Assembly: GCA_018260615.1 (NCBI GenBank)
Contig: JAGWDQ010000053.1
Coordinates: 1,286-65,285 of the forward strand
Source of the DNA: Candidatus Altarchaeum sp.
GTDB lineage: Archaea > Altiarchaeota > Altiarchaeia > Altiarchaeales > Altiarchaeaceae
Length of the DNA: 64,000 nt
Direction: 5' to 3'
Within the stretch, counting starts at the first letter, position 1. Each line of letters begins with the position of its first letter. The notes under the pieces were generated by a model that saw only the letters and a list, made by a program, of their open reading frames with translations, was not told where the DNA came from and did not search any database. The position numbers were made by a program, and so were the translations under genes. Of the stretch, positions 19,971 through 29,000 are shown piece by piece.

Positions 19971-20153
19971 ATGGAAAACACAACTAATTTGGATGAACAG
20001 ATAATTGAATCATGGGACAATTCAAAAATATTTGAAAGCAATAAAATAACAAATTCTCTTAAAGAGTTAAAAAAAGCATGGAAAGAAATAGAATCAGGAA
20101 AATGTCAGTTAGATTCCAAGCAGAAATTTCCTGCCGAACTTGAAAAATGGTAA
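19971..20153 (+). pseudogene. chimeric ORF: diverged copy of leuS codons 1-25 fused to a copy of the C-terminal half of ORF 19745..19930
   Basis: MENTTNLDEQIIESWDNSKIFESN vs leuS MENTTKFLDEQIIESWSNSKIFESN; LKELKKAWKEIESGKCQLDSKQKFPAELEKW vs LEEVKKAWNEIERGKCMSSSKKEFLADLKKW. Confidence 0.6.
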
Positions 20154-20198
20154 AAGTAAAATTTTTATAAGAAAGTCATAAAAAACAAGCAAACCAAA

Positions 20199-22994
20199 AT
20201 GGAAAATACAACTAAATTTTTAGATGAACAAATAATTGAATCATGGTCTAATTCAAAAATATTTGAAAGCAATGCAGATAAGAACAAACCAAAATATTTT
20301 ATTACGGTTCCGTATCCCTATACATCAGGAGCGTTGCATATCGGACATGCCCGAAGTTATACTTTGGGAGATGTGACGGCAAGATATTACCGGCTGAAGG
20401 GTTTCAATGTTCTGTTTCCAATGGCATTTCATATAACGGGAACTCCTATACTCGCGATAGCAAAAAGAATAGAAAAAAATGACGAAGGAATGCTCAAGAT
20501 GCACAAGGAATATGTTTCTATTTATGAAAAAGACGAAAGCAAAATCAATGAAATAGTTGAATCATTTAAAAATCCGGAAAATCTTGCAAATTATTATGCA
20601 GGTGTAATAATTGCCGATTTTAAAAGAATGGGTTATTGCATTGACTGGCGGAGGAAATTTAACACAGGTGAGAAATTTTACAATAAATTTGTTGAATGGC
20701 AATTCAAAAAACTCGCAGTTCAAAATTTAATAATCAAGGGAAAGCACGCTGTGTATTTTTGCCCTTCCTGTAACAATCCCGTAACAACCGATGATATAAA
20801 AGGCGGCGATGAATTAGACATTGAAATGAGTGAATACTATTTGCTCAAAGAAAAACTTGCCGGTGAGGACTGCTATTTGGTTGCCGCAACCTTACGTCCC
20901 GAAACAATCTTCGGTATTACAAATTTATGGGTTAATCCCGAAAAAATTTATGTCAAAGCAAAGGTAAATGACGAGACATGGCTCATTTCAAAAAAAGCAG
21001 GCGAAAAATTAAAAAAACAGGGATTTGAAGTCACCGTTATTGAAGAATTTAAAGGAGAAAATTTGAGCGGCAAAAAAGTAATAATTCCCTTAACAAACAA
21101 AGAGGTTGAAATTTTAAGAGCAAATTTTGTTGATGACGACACGGCAACAGGGGTTGTAAATTCTGTTCCCGGGCACGCACCTTACGATTATATTGCCTTA
21201 AGGGACTTAAAAATAAATTTTGAAATTTTAAAAATAATTGACTCAAAGATTAAGATTGAAGAAATTGTTAAAGATATAAAAGACCAAAAGGATGAAGGAC
21301 TTGAAGAAGCAACACAGGAATTATATAAGGATGAATTTTACAACGGAATTATGAATGAAAACTGCGGGGAATTCAGGGGAATGAAAGTGGCGGTTGCCAG
21401 AGAAAAGGTTGCCGAAAAACTTAAATCGCTAAATTTATTAGGCAAAATTTATGAAAATAATATTAAAGACAAGGACGGGAAAATAGTCAAAGCCACATGC
21501 CGATGCGGAACGGAATCTGAAATCAGGGTGCTTGAAGACCAGTGGTTTTTAAATTATGCCGATGAGGGATGGAAAATTTTAGCCCGAAAAATTTTGAAAA
21601 ACACAGCAATTGAGCCGGAAATTTATCGGACTGCATTCATTAACTCAATTGAATGGCTTCACGAATGGTCGTGCACAAGAAACAGGGGACTTGGAACGAA
21701 ATTTCCTTACGACAACAAATGGATGATTGAAAGTTTAAGCGACAGCACAATTTACATGGCATTTTACACAATTGCACATTTATTGCGGAATTTGAGCGCT
21801 GATGAGTTGGATGAGAAATTTTTTGACTATGTGTTTTTAGGTAAGGAGTTTGACGGATGCGAGAAGTATAAGGAAATAAGGGAAACATTTATTTATTACT
21901 ATCCGATGGATGAGCGAAGGACAGGAATAGCCCATATTTCAAATCATCTGACATTCAGTTTGTTCCATCACGCAGCAATATTTCCCGAAAATTTGTGGCC
22001 AAAAAAATTTTCCCTGAACGAAATGCTCGTTGCAGAAGGAAAAAAGATGTCAAAATCACTCGGAAATGTGATTCCCATCAAAAACGCATGTGAGAAATTT
22101 GGTGCCGATACTGTCCGATTACATTTGTGTTATGCGGCAGACTCTTCCTCAACCCTTGACTGGAAAGAAAAAGAGGTAATTGCCACTAAAGCAAAGATAG
22201 AGGAATTCATAAATTTTATAAATTTATTTCAGAATACAAATTCCGCTTGCGAAACAGAAGAAGGTAAAATCAGTGATGTGGACAGATGGCTCATTTCAAA
22301 ATTTAACAGACATTTGGAGGAATTTTTAAATTTAATGGACAAATCCGAAATACGAGAGGCAGTTCAGAAAATTTTCTATGAATTTTTTAATGATATAAAG
22401 TGGTATTTGAGGAGAACAGAACCAAACAAAAAGGTCTTGAAGGAAATTTCCGAACAGTGGGTTAAAGTTATGAGCATATTTATTCCATTTACCTGTGAAG
22501 GACTATGGAAAAAGAGCGGAAAAAGCAATTTTGTCAGTGCAGAGGATTCTTTAAAGGCAGATAAAAATGCAATTAACGAGAATGCTGAAAGTATGGAATT
22601 TATGGTAACCGAATTGATTGATAATATCCGAAATTTTGCCGAATTAATAGGAAAATACAAAAAGCCGACTAATGTTTTCATTTACTTTGCAGAGGACTGG
22701 AAAAGGGAATTGTTTGCAAAAATTATGGGAGGAAAAAACATAAAAGATGTAATGGCTGATGAAAAATTTAAGAAACATTCAAAGGATGTTGTGGCAATAA
22801 TGCAAAAGACCCATAAAGGCGATATTAAATTTATTCCGACTATTGAAGAAGAAGTTAGAATGACTGGGGAAGCAAAGGAGTTTTTAGAGAAAGAATTAAA
22901 TTTAAAGATAGAGATTGATGTTAATGCAGACTACGATCCGAAAGGCACGAGAAAGTTTGCGATGCCATTAAAGCCGGCAATTTATATTGAATAA
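20199..22994 (+). CDS. leuS: leucyl-tRNA synthetase (archaeal type)
   Basis: HIGH motif (ALHIGHARSY) and KMSKS motif; 931 aa. Confidence 0.95.
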   Translation: MENTTKFLDEQIIESWSNSKIFESNADKNKPKYFITVPYPYTSGALHIGHARSYTLGDVTARYYRLKGFNVLFPMAFHITGTPILAIAKRIEKNDEGMLKMHKEYVSIYEKDESKINEIVESFKNPENLANYYAGVIIADFKRMGYCIDWRRKFNTGEKFYNKFVEWQFKKLAVQNLIIKGKHAVYFCPSCNNPVTTDDIKGGDELDIEMSEYYLLKEKLAGEDCYLVAATLRPETIFGITNLWVNPEKIYVKAKVNDETWLISKKAGEKLKKQGFEVTVIEEFKGENLSGKKVIIPLTNKEVEILRANFVDDDTATGVVNSVPGHAPYDYIALRDLKINFEILKIIDSKIKIEEIVKDIKDQKDEGLEEATQELYKDEFYNGIMNENCGEFRGMKVAVAREKVAEKLKSLNLLGKIYENNIKDKDGKIVKATCRCGTESEIRVLEDQWFLNYADEGWKILARKILKNTAIEPEIYRTAFINSIEWLHEWSCTRNRGLGTKFPYDNKWMIESLSDSTIYMAFYTIAHLLRNLSADELDEKFFDYVFLGKEFDGCEKYKEIRETFIYYYPMDERRTGIAHISNHLTFSLFHHAAIFPENLWPKKFSLNEMLVAEGKKMSKSLGNVIPIKNACEKFGADTVRLHLCYAADSSSTLDWKEKEVIATKAKIEEFINFINLFQNTNSACETEEGKISDVDRWLISKFNRHLEEFLNLMDKSEIREAVQKIFYEFFNDIKWYLRRTEPNKKVLKEISEQWVKVMSIFIPFTCEGLWKKSGKSNFVSAEDSLKADKNAINENAESMEFMVTELIDNIRNFAELIGKYKKPTNVFIYFAEDWKRELFAKIMGGKNIKDVMADEKFKKHSKDVVAIMQKTHKGDIKFIPTIEEEVRMTGEAKEFLEKELNLKIEIDVNADYDPKGTRKFAMPLKPAIYIE

Positions 22995-22998
22995 ACGA

Positions 22999-23063
22999 GC
23001 TCACACAAAGACACAGGGACACAAAGATAAGTCATCTGTGACTTTGTGGCTCTGTGTGAGAGC
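22999..23063. repeat. cacaaag-type hairpin repeat
   Basis: ctcacacaaagacacagggacacaaag...ctgtgactttgtggctctgtgtgag; arms ctcacaca/tgtgtgag and cacaaag/ctttgtg; starts 5 nt after the leuS stop. Confidence 0.8.
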
Positions 23064-23129
23064 AATATGACATAGTGTAAATAAATTCATAAATTTATTG
23101 TAATTATTCACTTCAAACTAATATTTAAG

Positions 23130-26100
23130 ATGGAGTTACTATTTCCATTTCCGGAAATCCGAAACGGACAAAAAGAACTAATAGATGATATCAAAACCGT
23201 GCTTGAAACAGGAGGCACACTGCTCGCTCACGCTCCAACGGGAATCGGTAAAACAGCAGCCGCCCTGACCCCCTCCCTTGAATATGCCTTAAACAACGAC
23301 AAAATTGTCTTTTTTCTTACATCAAAACAATCCCAGCATAAGATTGTAATTGACACGCTGCGGCTTATAAAAGAAAAAAATAAAGATAATGTCAGCTTTT
23401 CGGTTGTTGACATAATATCCAAGCAGGCAATGTGTCCGAGGGATATTGCACGGGAACATTATGCATTGTTTGATGATCTTTGTCTCCATGACCAGAAAAC
23501 GAAGAAGTGCAGATATTTCAGGAGTGATAAGAACATTACAAACCACATACTGAAGAATATCATGCATGTTGAGGAGCTGAAGGATTTTTGCGCCAGGAAT
23601 GTAATCTGCCCGCACAAAACAGCAAGTGATGCGATATCCGATGCCAACATCGTTATATGTGACTACAACTACATGTTCACGGATATTCTTGAAACCGTTC
23701 TTGAGAAAACCCATAAATCAATCGGTGACCTGATTTTAATCATTGACGAAGCTCATAATCTCCCTGACCGAATAAGAGACCAGCTTTCCGGTGAGCTCAC
23801 AATAAATCTCATTGAAGAAGCAGCGAAGGAAATAAAGTCCGTTGATGAAAAACTTTACAGGTACCTGAAAGGCATTGGCAGGTTTTTTGACGATTTCATC
23901 CGACGTATGCCCGGAAACGCAGAGAAAAACATTAACCGGGAAGATATCACGACAGGAGTTGAGCAGGTACTTCAGGAATCTATTGGCGACAGTATGAGTT
24001 ACCTTGAGTTTGTTGATGCCTTAAAAGCGGCAGGAGTTGAGCTTGCTGAAAAAAAGCAGTACGAGGAAAAAAAGAAATCTTCTATAACTTCAGTAATGGA
24101 ATTTCTTGAGACCTGGAACACCCTGCTTCCGTGCTCGCGGGTTTATAAAAACAAGAACACGCCAACGCTTTCGTTTCGGCTTCTTGATCCGTCAGTACTG
24201 AGCGAGAGCATAATCTCAAACGCTTATGCAACAGTCCTGATGAGCGGAACACTATATCCTGTGGAAATGTACGCTGACATATTGGGGGCAAAGCATTCAC
24301 TACTTAAGCAATACGAATCACCGTTTCCTTCCGAAAACAAAATTGTTTTGGTGACAAAAAAACTCACCACGCTTTACACCGAGAGGGGTGATTCAATGTA
24401 TGGCAATATTGCAGAAAAAATATCAAAAGTCCATGACACAGTTAAAGGGAACATTGCCGTGTTCTTTCCTTCATATTCTCTAATGGATGAAATATACAAA
24501 AAATTTGAAAGCAGCCCCGACTTTGAAATTCGGGACAAAACAGGCGACATCCTCCTTGAGGGGAGGTGCATGAGTAAAGCCGCTAAAGATGAATTATACC
24601 GGAAATTAAAAATAAATTCAAATAAAATTCTGATGGGCGTGCAGGCAGGTTCTCTTTCAGAAGGCGTTGATTACAGGAACAACATTATTCGCGCGGTATT
24701 GATAGTCGGACTGCCATTGAGTCCGCCAACTCTTGAAGTAAAAAATTTGCAGGATTATTACATTAAGAAATTCGGTAAAGAAAAAGGAACGCTCTACGGA
24801 TACATATATCCTGCAATAAGCAAGGTGATACAGGCGGCAGGACGCGGTATCAGGAGCGAAAACGATATCGGAGCGATAATTCTTATGGACTATCGGTTTA
24901 ATTATCCTATGTACAGGAAATGCCTGCCGCCGGATTATAAAATACAGTTTACTGACGAAGCTGAAAAACTGTGCGGGGAATTCTTTGGTAAAGACCTTGT
25001 GTTAAAAGCACTGGAAGATACAAAAAAGAGAGTCATTGAAGAGGAAGACATAAAATTGATGAAAGAAGAAAAACACATCCTTGCAGAATCAAAATCAGAA
25101 ACAGAATCAAAATCAGAAACAGAAAAACAAGAGGTTCAGGATTCAATTCCGGAAATATCAGAAGAAAAAACCGAAAATAACGACAACCCCGGATTAAATG
25201 TATTGCGTTTGATAGAAACCATAGATTTTCCTGCTGGCAGGTCATTCTTAGCAGGTATACTAACCGGTTCCAAATCAAAGGAATTGATAAATCAGAATAT
25301 TGATAAATCAGAATATTATGGAATGCTGAAAGGATACACTCGCGATGAAGCTATTGATATTATAGACCAGATCACAGGTAAAGGTTATTTGGCAGTTAAG
25401 CAGAGTGAAACAGCAAATTTTCCGAGACCTGTTTTATATCTGACAGAGTTAGGTAAAAACGCATTGTGTAATAATGAGAAAATTGGAGTGAAATTGCCAA
25501 TAAAAATAAACCTTAAAAATAGGGTTGAAACATCCAAGAATCCTGAATTATTAAATGAATTAAAATTTTGGCGTAGAAAAGTTGCCGAAGAAGAAAACAT
25601 CCCGGCATATTGCATTTTCCATGATACAACACTAATTGAAATTTCAAATAGCACGCCTTTCACAAAAGAAAATTTAATGAATATTCGTGGATTTGGTGAA
25701 AAAAGAATTGAAAAATACGGGGATGCTGTGCTGGAAATTGTGAAAAAGTATGTATCAAATGTTGTTTCTGAGAGCAATGTAAAAGAAAATCAGGAAAAAG
25801 AGCAGAAAGAAGCAGAAGGACCACCAGTAAATTCCAAAATGGAATCATCTGAAAAATTAATACATGATAACAATTTAACAATGGATAGAATCAACGCAGA
25901 ACATAAACTAAAAGAAATATTTGGACACGGGCATTTTTACGACACACAATGGGAAACCATTAAAAAAATTTTAAATGGTGAAAGGGTTTTATTAATAGAA
26001 AAAACCGGCTTTGGAAAATCATTGTGTTATCAGTTTCCTGCAACTCAGTTTGAAGGAACCACCGTTATTTTTTCTCCGTTAATTGCATTAATGCGCGATC

Positions 26101-27896
26101 AGGTTAAAAAACTCAGTGAATTAGGAATCAAAGCCAAATGTATAAACAGTGAACAGACACCCGAAGAAAATTCTGAAATAATTGAAGAAGCCAAACAGAA
26201 TAAGATAAAAATCCTCTACATCGCCCCTGAAAGACAGGAAAATACCGAATGGATTGATGCCGCAAGACAAATGAATTTGTCAATGGTGGTTATTGATGAA
26301 GCACACTGCATTTCGGTCTGGGGGCATGACTTCAGACCGTCCTTCAAAAGAATAATCAATCTCGTAAACCTTTTGCCCGAAAATTTTCCAGTTCTGGCAA
26401 CAACCGCAACCGCTACAAAAAGAGTTGAAGAGGATATACTTGAACAGATTGGCGGCAGGATAATTTCTCTAAGAGGAAATCTTTTAAGAGAAAATTTTTA
26501 TTTAAGAGTAATCAGGGTTGAATCGGATGATGAAAAGTTAGTATGGGTGGGTGAAAATATAAATTTAATTCAGGGCAGCGGTATTATTTATACTGGCACC
26601 AGAACAAATACCGAAATTTATTCAAGGTGGCTGCAGTCATTGGGCGTTTCATCTGTTGCATATAATGCAGGTCTGGATGCCGAATCAAGAAAACATATAG
26701 AGCAGGGTTTAATGAACAATACATGGAAATGTGTTGTTTCTACTAACGCTCTGGGAATGGGAATTGATAAACCGGACATTCGTTTTATTATTCATACGCA
26801 AATTCCTGCTTCGCCAATACACTATTACCAGGAAATCGGGAGAGCCGGAAGAGACGGAAAACCAACAGAGATAATTCTTCTTTATAGTCCCAAAGATACA
26901 GACCTGCCAAAATCGTTTATTGAAAATAGCAGGCCTTCAACAGATAAATATCAGCGATTCATTGATGCATTAAAATCAGAACCGTTAGGTGAACAGGATA
27001 TTATGCGGAAGACAAATCTAAATCAAACACAGGTCAGGGTTATTAAAGCTGACTTAATTGATCAGAAAATCATCAATGATGTCTATTATAATAAAAGTAA
27101 AAAATGCGAACTCAAAGTAAATGCACCGGAATTAAATTTTCATTCCTTTGAAGAACTTATAAAGACAAAATTTGCCGAATTATATCAGATGGTAGCATAC
27201 TCAGAAACCACCGGGTGCAGAATGAAATTTCTTTGTGATTATTTGGGTGATATCCTAGAAAAAGATTGTGGGAAATGCGATAATGACCGGACAGAACATA
27301 TCTGTGTAAAGTTAACTGATTACTGGAATAATAAAACTGAAGAATTCAATAATAATTATTTTCCTGAATTGTCTGTAGAATCCAAAGGAACTAATATGGT
27401 TGACGGGGTCGCGGCTTCATATTATGGATTTTCAAATGTCGGCTCGGTGATCCACAGATGTAAATATGAAAACGGGGGTGATTTTCCGGATTTCCTGTTA
27501 AAACAAACACTGAAAGCATTTAGAAAAAAAATTAGTAAAGATAAATTTGATTTGCTTGTTTATGTTCCTCCTACGGAGTCAGGTGATTTGGTTAAAAATT
27601 TTGCTGAAAAGATTTCTTACGCCTTAAAGATTCCTGTTTCCCACAAACTCAAAAAAATAAGGGCTATAAAACCACAAAAGATTTTTCAAAACAGTATTTT
27701 AAAAAGAGATAATGTAAAAGATGCATTTGAGTATGAACATCCGGGGGATATTGAAGGAAAGTCAATTCTGATAGTGGACGATATATTTGACAGCGGACAC
27801 ACCATAAAAGAAATTGGCAGATATTTTACTAAATTTGGGGCGGTAAAAATAGCTCCTTTAACAATAGCTAAAACAATCGGAGGTGATTTATCATGA
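23130..27896 (+). CDS. 1588-aa fusion: XPD/Rad3-type FeS helicase + RQC-like WH + HRDC + RecQ helicase + ComF-type phosphoribosyltransferase domain
   Basis: AHAPTGIGKT, IIDEAHNL, Cys cluster, QAAGRGIRS (XPD part); WRRKVAEEENIPAYCIFHDTTL (HRDC); TGFGKSLCYQ, VIDEAHCISVWGHDFRP, CRMKFLCDYLG..CGKCDN (RecQ); VPPTES...GKSILIVDDIFDSGHT (ComF/PRT). Confidence 0.8.
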   Translation: MELLFPFPEIRNGQKELIDDIKTVLETGGTLLAHAPTGIGKTAAALTPSLEYALNNDKIVFFLTSKQSQHKIVIDTLRLIKEKNKDNVSFSVVDIISKQAMCPRDIAREHYALFDDLCLHDQKTKKCRYFRSDKNITNHILKNIMHVEELKDFCARNVICPHKTASDAISDANIVICDYNYMFTDILETVLEKTHKSIGDLILIIDEAHNLPDRIRDQLSGELTINLIEEAAKEIKSVDEKLYRYLKGIGRFFDDFIRRMPGNAEKNINREDITTGVEQVLQESIGDSMSYLEFVDALKAAGVELAEKKQYEEKKKSSITSVMEFLETWNTLLPCSRVYKNKNTPTLSFRLLDPSVLSESIISNAYATVLMSGTLYPVEMYADILGAKHSLLKQYESPFPSENKIVLVTKKLTTLYTERGDSMYGNIAEKISKVHDTVKGNIAVFFPSYSLMDEIYKKFESSPDFEIRDKTGDILLEGRCMSKAAKDELYRKLKINSNKILMGVQAGSLSEGVDYRNNIIRAVLIVGLPLSPPTLEVKNLQDYYIKKFGKEKGTLYGYIYPAISKVIQAAGRGIRSENDIGAIILMDYRFNYPMYRKCLPPDYKIQFTDEAEKLCGEFFGKDLVLKALEDTKKRVIEEEDIKLMKEEKHILAESKSETESKSETEKQEVQDSIPEISEEKTENNDNPGLNVLRLIETIDFPAGRSFLAGILTGSKSKELINQNIDKSEYYGMLKGYTRDEAIDIIDQITGKGYLAVKQSETANFPRPVLYLTELGKNALCNNEKIGVKLPIKINLKNRVETSKNPELLNELKFWRRKVAEEENIPAYCIFHDTTLIEISNSTPFTKENLMNIRGFGEKRIEKYGDAVLEIVKKYVSNVVSESNVKENQEKEQKEAEGPPVNSKMESSEKLIHDNNLTMDRINAEHKLKEIFGHGHFYDTQWETIKKILNGERVLLIEKTGFGKSLCYQFPATQFEGTTVIFSPLIALMRDQVKKLSELGIKAKCINSEQTPEENSEIIEEAKQNKIKILYIAPERQENTEWIDAARQMNLSMVVIDEAHCISVWGHDFRPSFKRIINLVNLLPENFPVLATTATATKRVEEDILEQIGGRIISLRGNLLRENFYLRVIRVESDDEKLVWVGENINLIQGSGIIYTGTRTNTEIYSRWLQSLGVSSVAYNAGLDAESRKHIEQGLMNNTWKCVVSTNALGMGIDKPDIRFIIHTQIPASPIHYYQEIGRAGRDGKPTEIILLYSPKDTDLPKSFIENSRPSTDKYQRFIDALKSEPLGEQDIMRKTNLNQTQVRVIKADLIDQKIINDVYYNKSKKCELKVNAPELNFHSFEELIKTKFAELYQMVAYSETTGCRMKFLCDYLGDILEKDCGKCDNDRTEHICVKLTDYWNNKTEEFNNNYFPELSVESKGTNMVDGVAASYYGFSNVGSVIHRCKYENGGDFPDFLLKQTLKAFRKKISKDKFDLLVYVPPTESGDLVKNFAEKISYALKIPVSHKLKKIRAIKPQKIFQNSILKRDNVKDAFEYEHPGDIEGKSILIVDDIFDSGHTIKEIGRYFTKFGAVKIAPLTIAKTIGGDLS
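27879..27887 (+). promoter_or_regulatory. Shine-Dalgarno GGAGGTGAT for dprA inside the end of the helicase ORF
   Basis: 5 nt upstream of the ATG at 27893, which overlaps the upstream TGA (ATGA). Confidence 0.6.
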
Positions 27897-28846
27897 TTAA
27901 CAGACCGGAAATACCCTGCCTGATGGCATTAACCCACACCCAGGGATGGAAATATGAACAAATTAATAACATCATCGCAAAAATTAAAGGTAATTCAAAA
28001 TGCAGCATTGCAGAATTCTTTGGTTTATCTCCTGATAACTGGATGGATAATTTCGGATTAAGCAAAAAAGAAACACTCCATTTGGAAAATGTTAAAAAAG
28101 AAATACCCAAATACTCTTTTCTGGCAGAAGATTTATTTGCGCAGGGATATGAAATAATACCTGTAAATTCTCCTGAATATCCTGAAACATTAAAACAAAA
28201 TTTAGGATTCAGGTCACCACCCATTCTTTATGTGAAAGGAAATAAAAATTTATTAAAAGAAAAATCTGTCGCAATTGTTGGCTCAAGGGACGCATCGGAA
28301 ATTGCATTGAAATTTACTGACAACATCGCAATGCTAGCGTCAGGAGAACACAAAGTCGTAGTAAGCGGATTTGCCAGAGGTGTAGATAGGCAGGCACTGG
28401 ACTCCGCACTTAAATATAAAGGTAAAGGTCTTATTGTATTGCCGCAGGGAATAATGACTTTTTATTCTGGATTTAAGGCATATTACAGACAAATTGTTGA
28501 AGGAAATGTTCTGGTCTTAAGCACATTTTTTCCAAAAGCACCGTGGAGTGTGGAACTAGCAATGGCAAGGAATTCTGTAATATATGGTCTGGCAGGAGAA
28601 ATTTATGTGGCGGAATCGAATGAAACAGGCGGAACATGGTCGGGAGTCATGGATGGCATGAGAAAGGGAAGAAAGATATATATCAGAAAACCCGAACCGT
28701 ATGAAAATAATGCAAATAATAAATTAATGGACATAGGAGTTATTCCTGTCAGCTTTGAGGGACAGCCAGTTTTAGGATATAAATCATTGTCCCCTGAAAT
28801 TTACCTGGTTAAAGAAAAACATGAAAAAATAAGTAAGCTGATGTGA
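27893..28846 (+). CDS. dprA: DprA/Smf DNA-processing protein A family
   Basis: YPETLK...PPILYVKGN, VAIVGSRDAS, VVSGFARGVDRQALDSAL, ARNSVIYGLA...VAES..GGTWSG follow the DprA Rossmann-domain pattern. Confidence 0.8.
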   Translation: MINRPEIPCLMALTHTQGWKYEQINNIIAKIKGNSKCSIAEFFGLSPDNWMDNFGLSKKETLHLENVKKEIPKYSFLAEDLFAQGYEIIPVNSPEYPETLKQNLGFRSPPILYVKGNKNLLKEKSVAIVGSRDASEIALKFTDNIAMLASGEHKVVVSGFARGVDRQALDSALKYKGKGLIVLPQGIMTFYSGFKAYYRQIVEGNVLVLSTFFPKAPWSVELAMARNSVIYGLAGEIYVAESNETGGTWSGVMDGMRKGRKIYIRKPEPYENNANNKLMDIGVIPVSFEGQPVLGYKSLSPEIYLVKEKHEKISKLM

Positions 28847-28938
28847 GACGATGATTAAGAAGAATAAATTAATTAAATCTTTTAAATATAATTATCCTGA
28901 AATTTTTAATTTATTATTTATTTAAATTTAAAAACATA

Positions 28939-28974
28939 AATTTAATACAAAATTTAATACAAAATTTAATACAA
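28939..28974. repeat. 12-bp tandem repeat x3 (aatttaatacaa) plus degenerate copies to ~28999
   Basis: read directly; lies just upstream of the FtsZ/tubulin-like gene. Confidence 0.85.
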
Positions 28975-29000
28975 ATTTAACAAATTTAACTAAATTTCAA

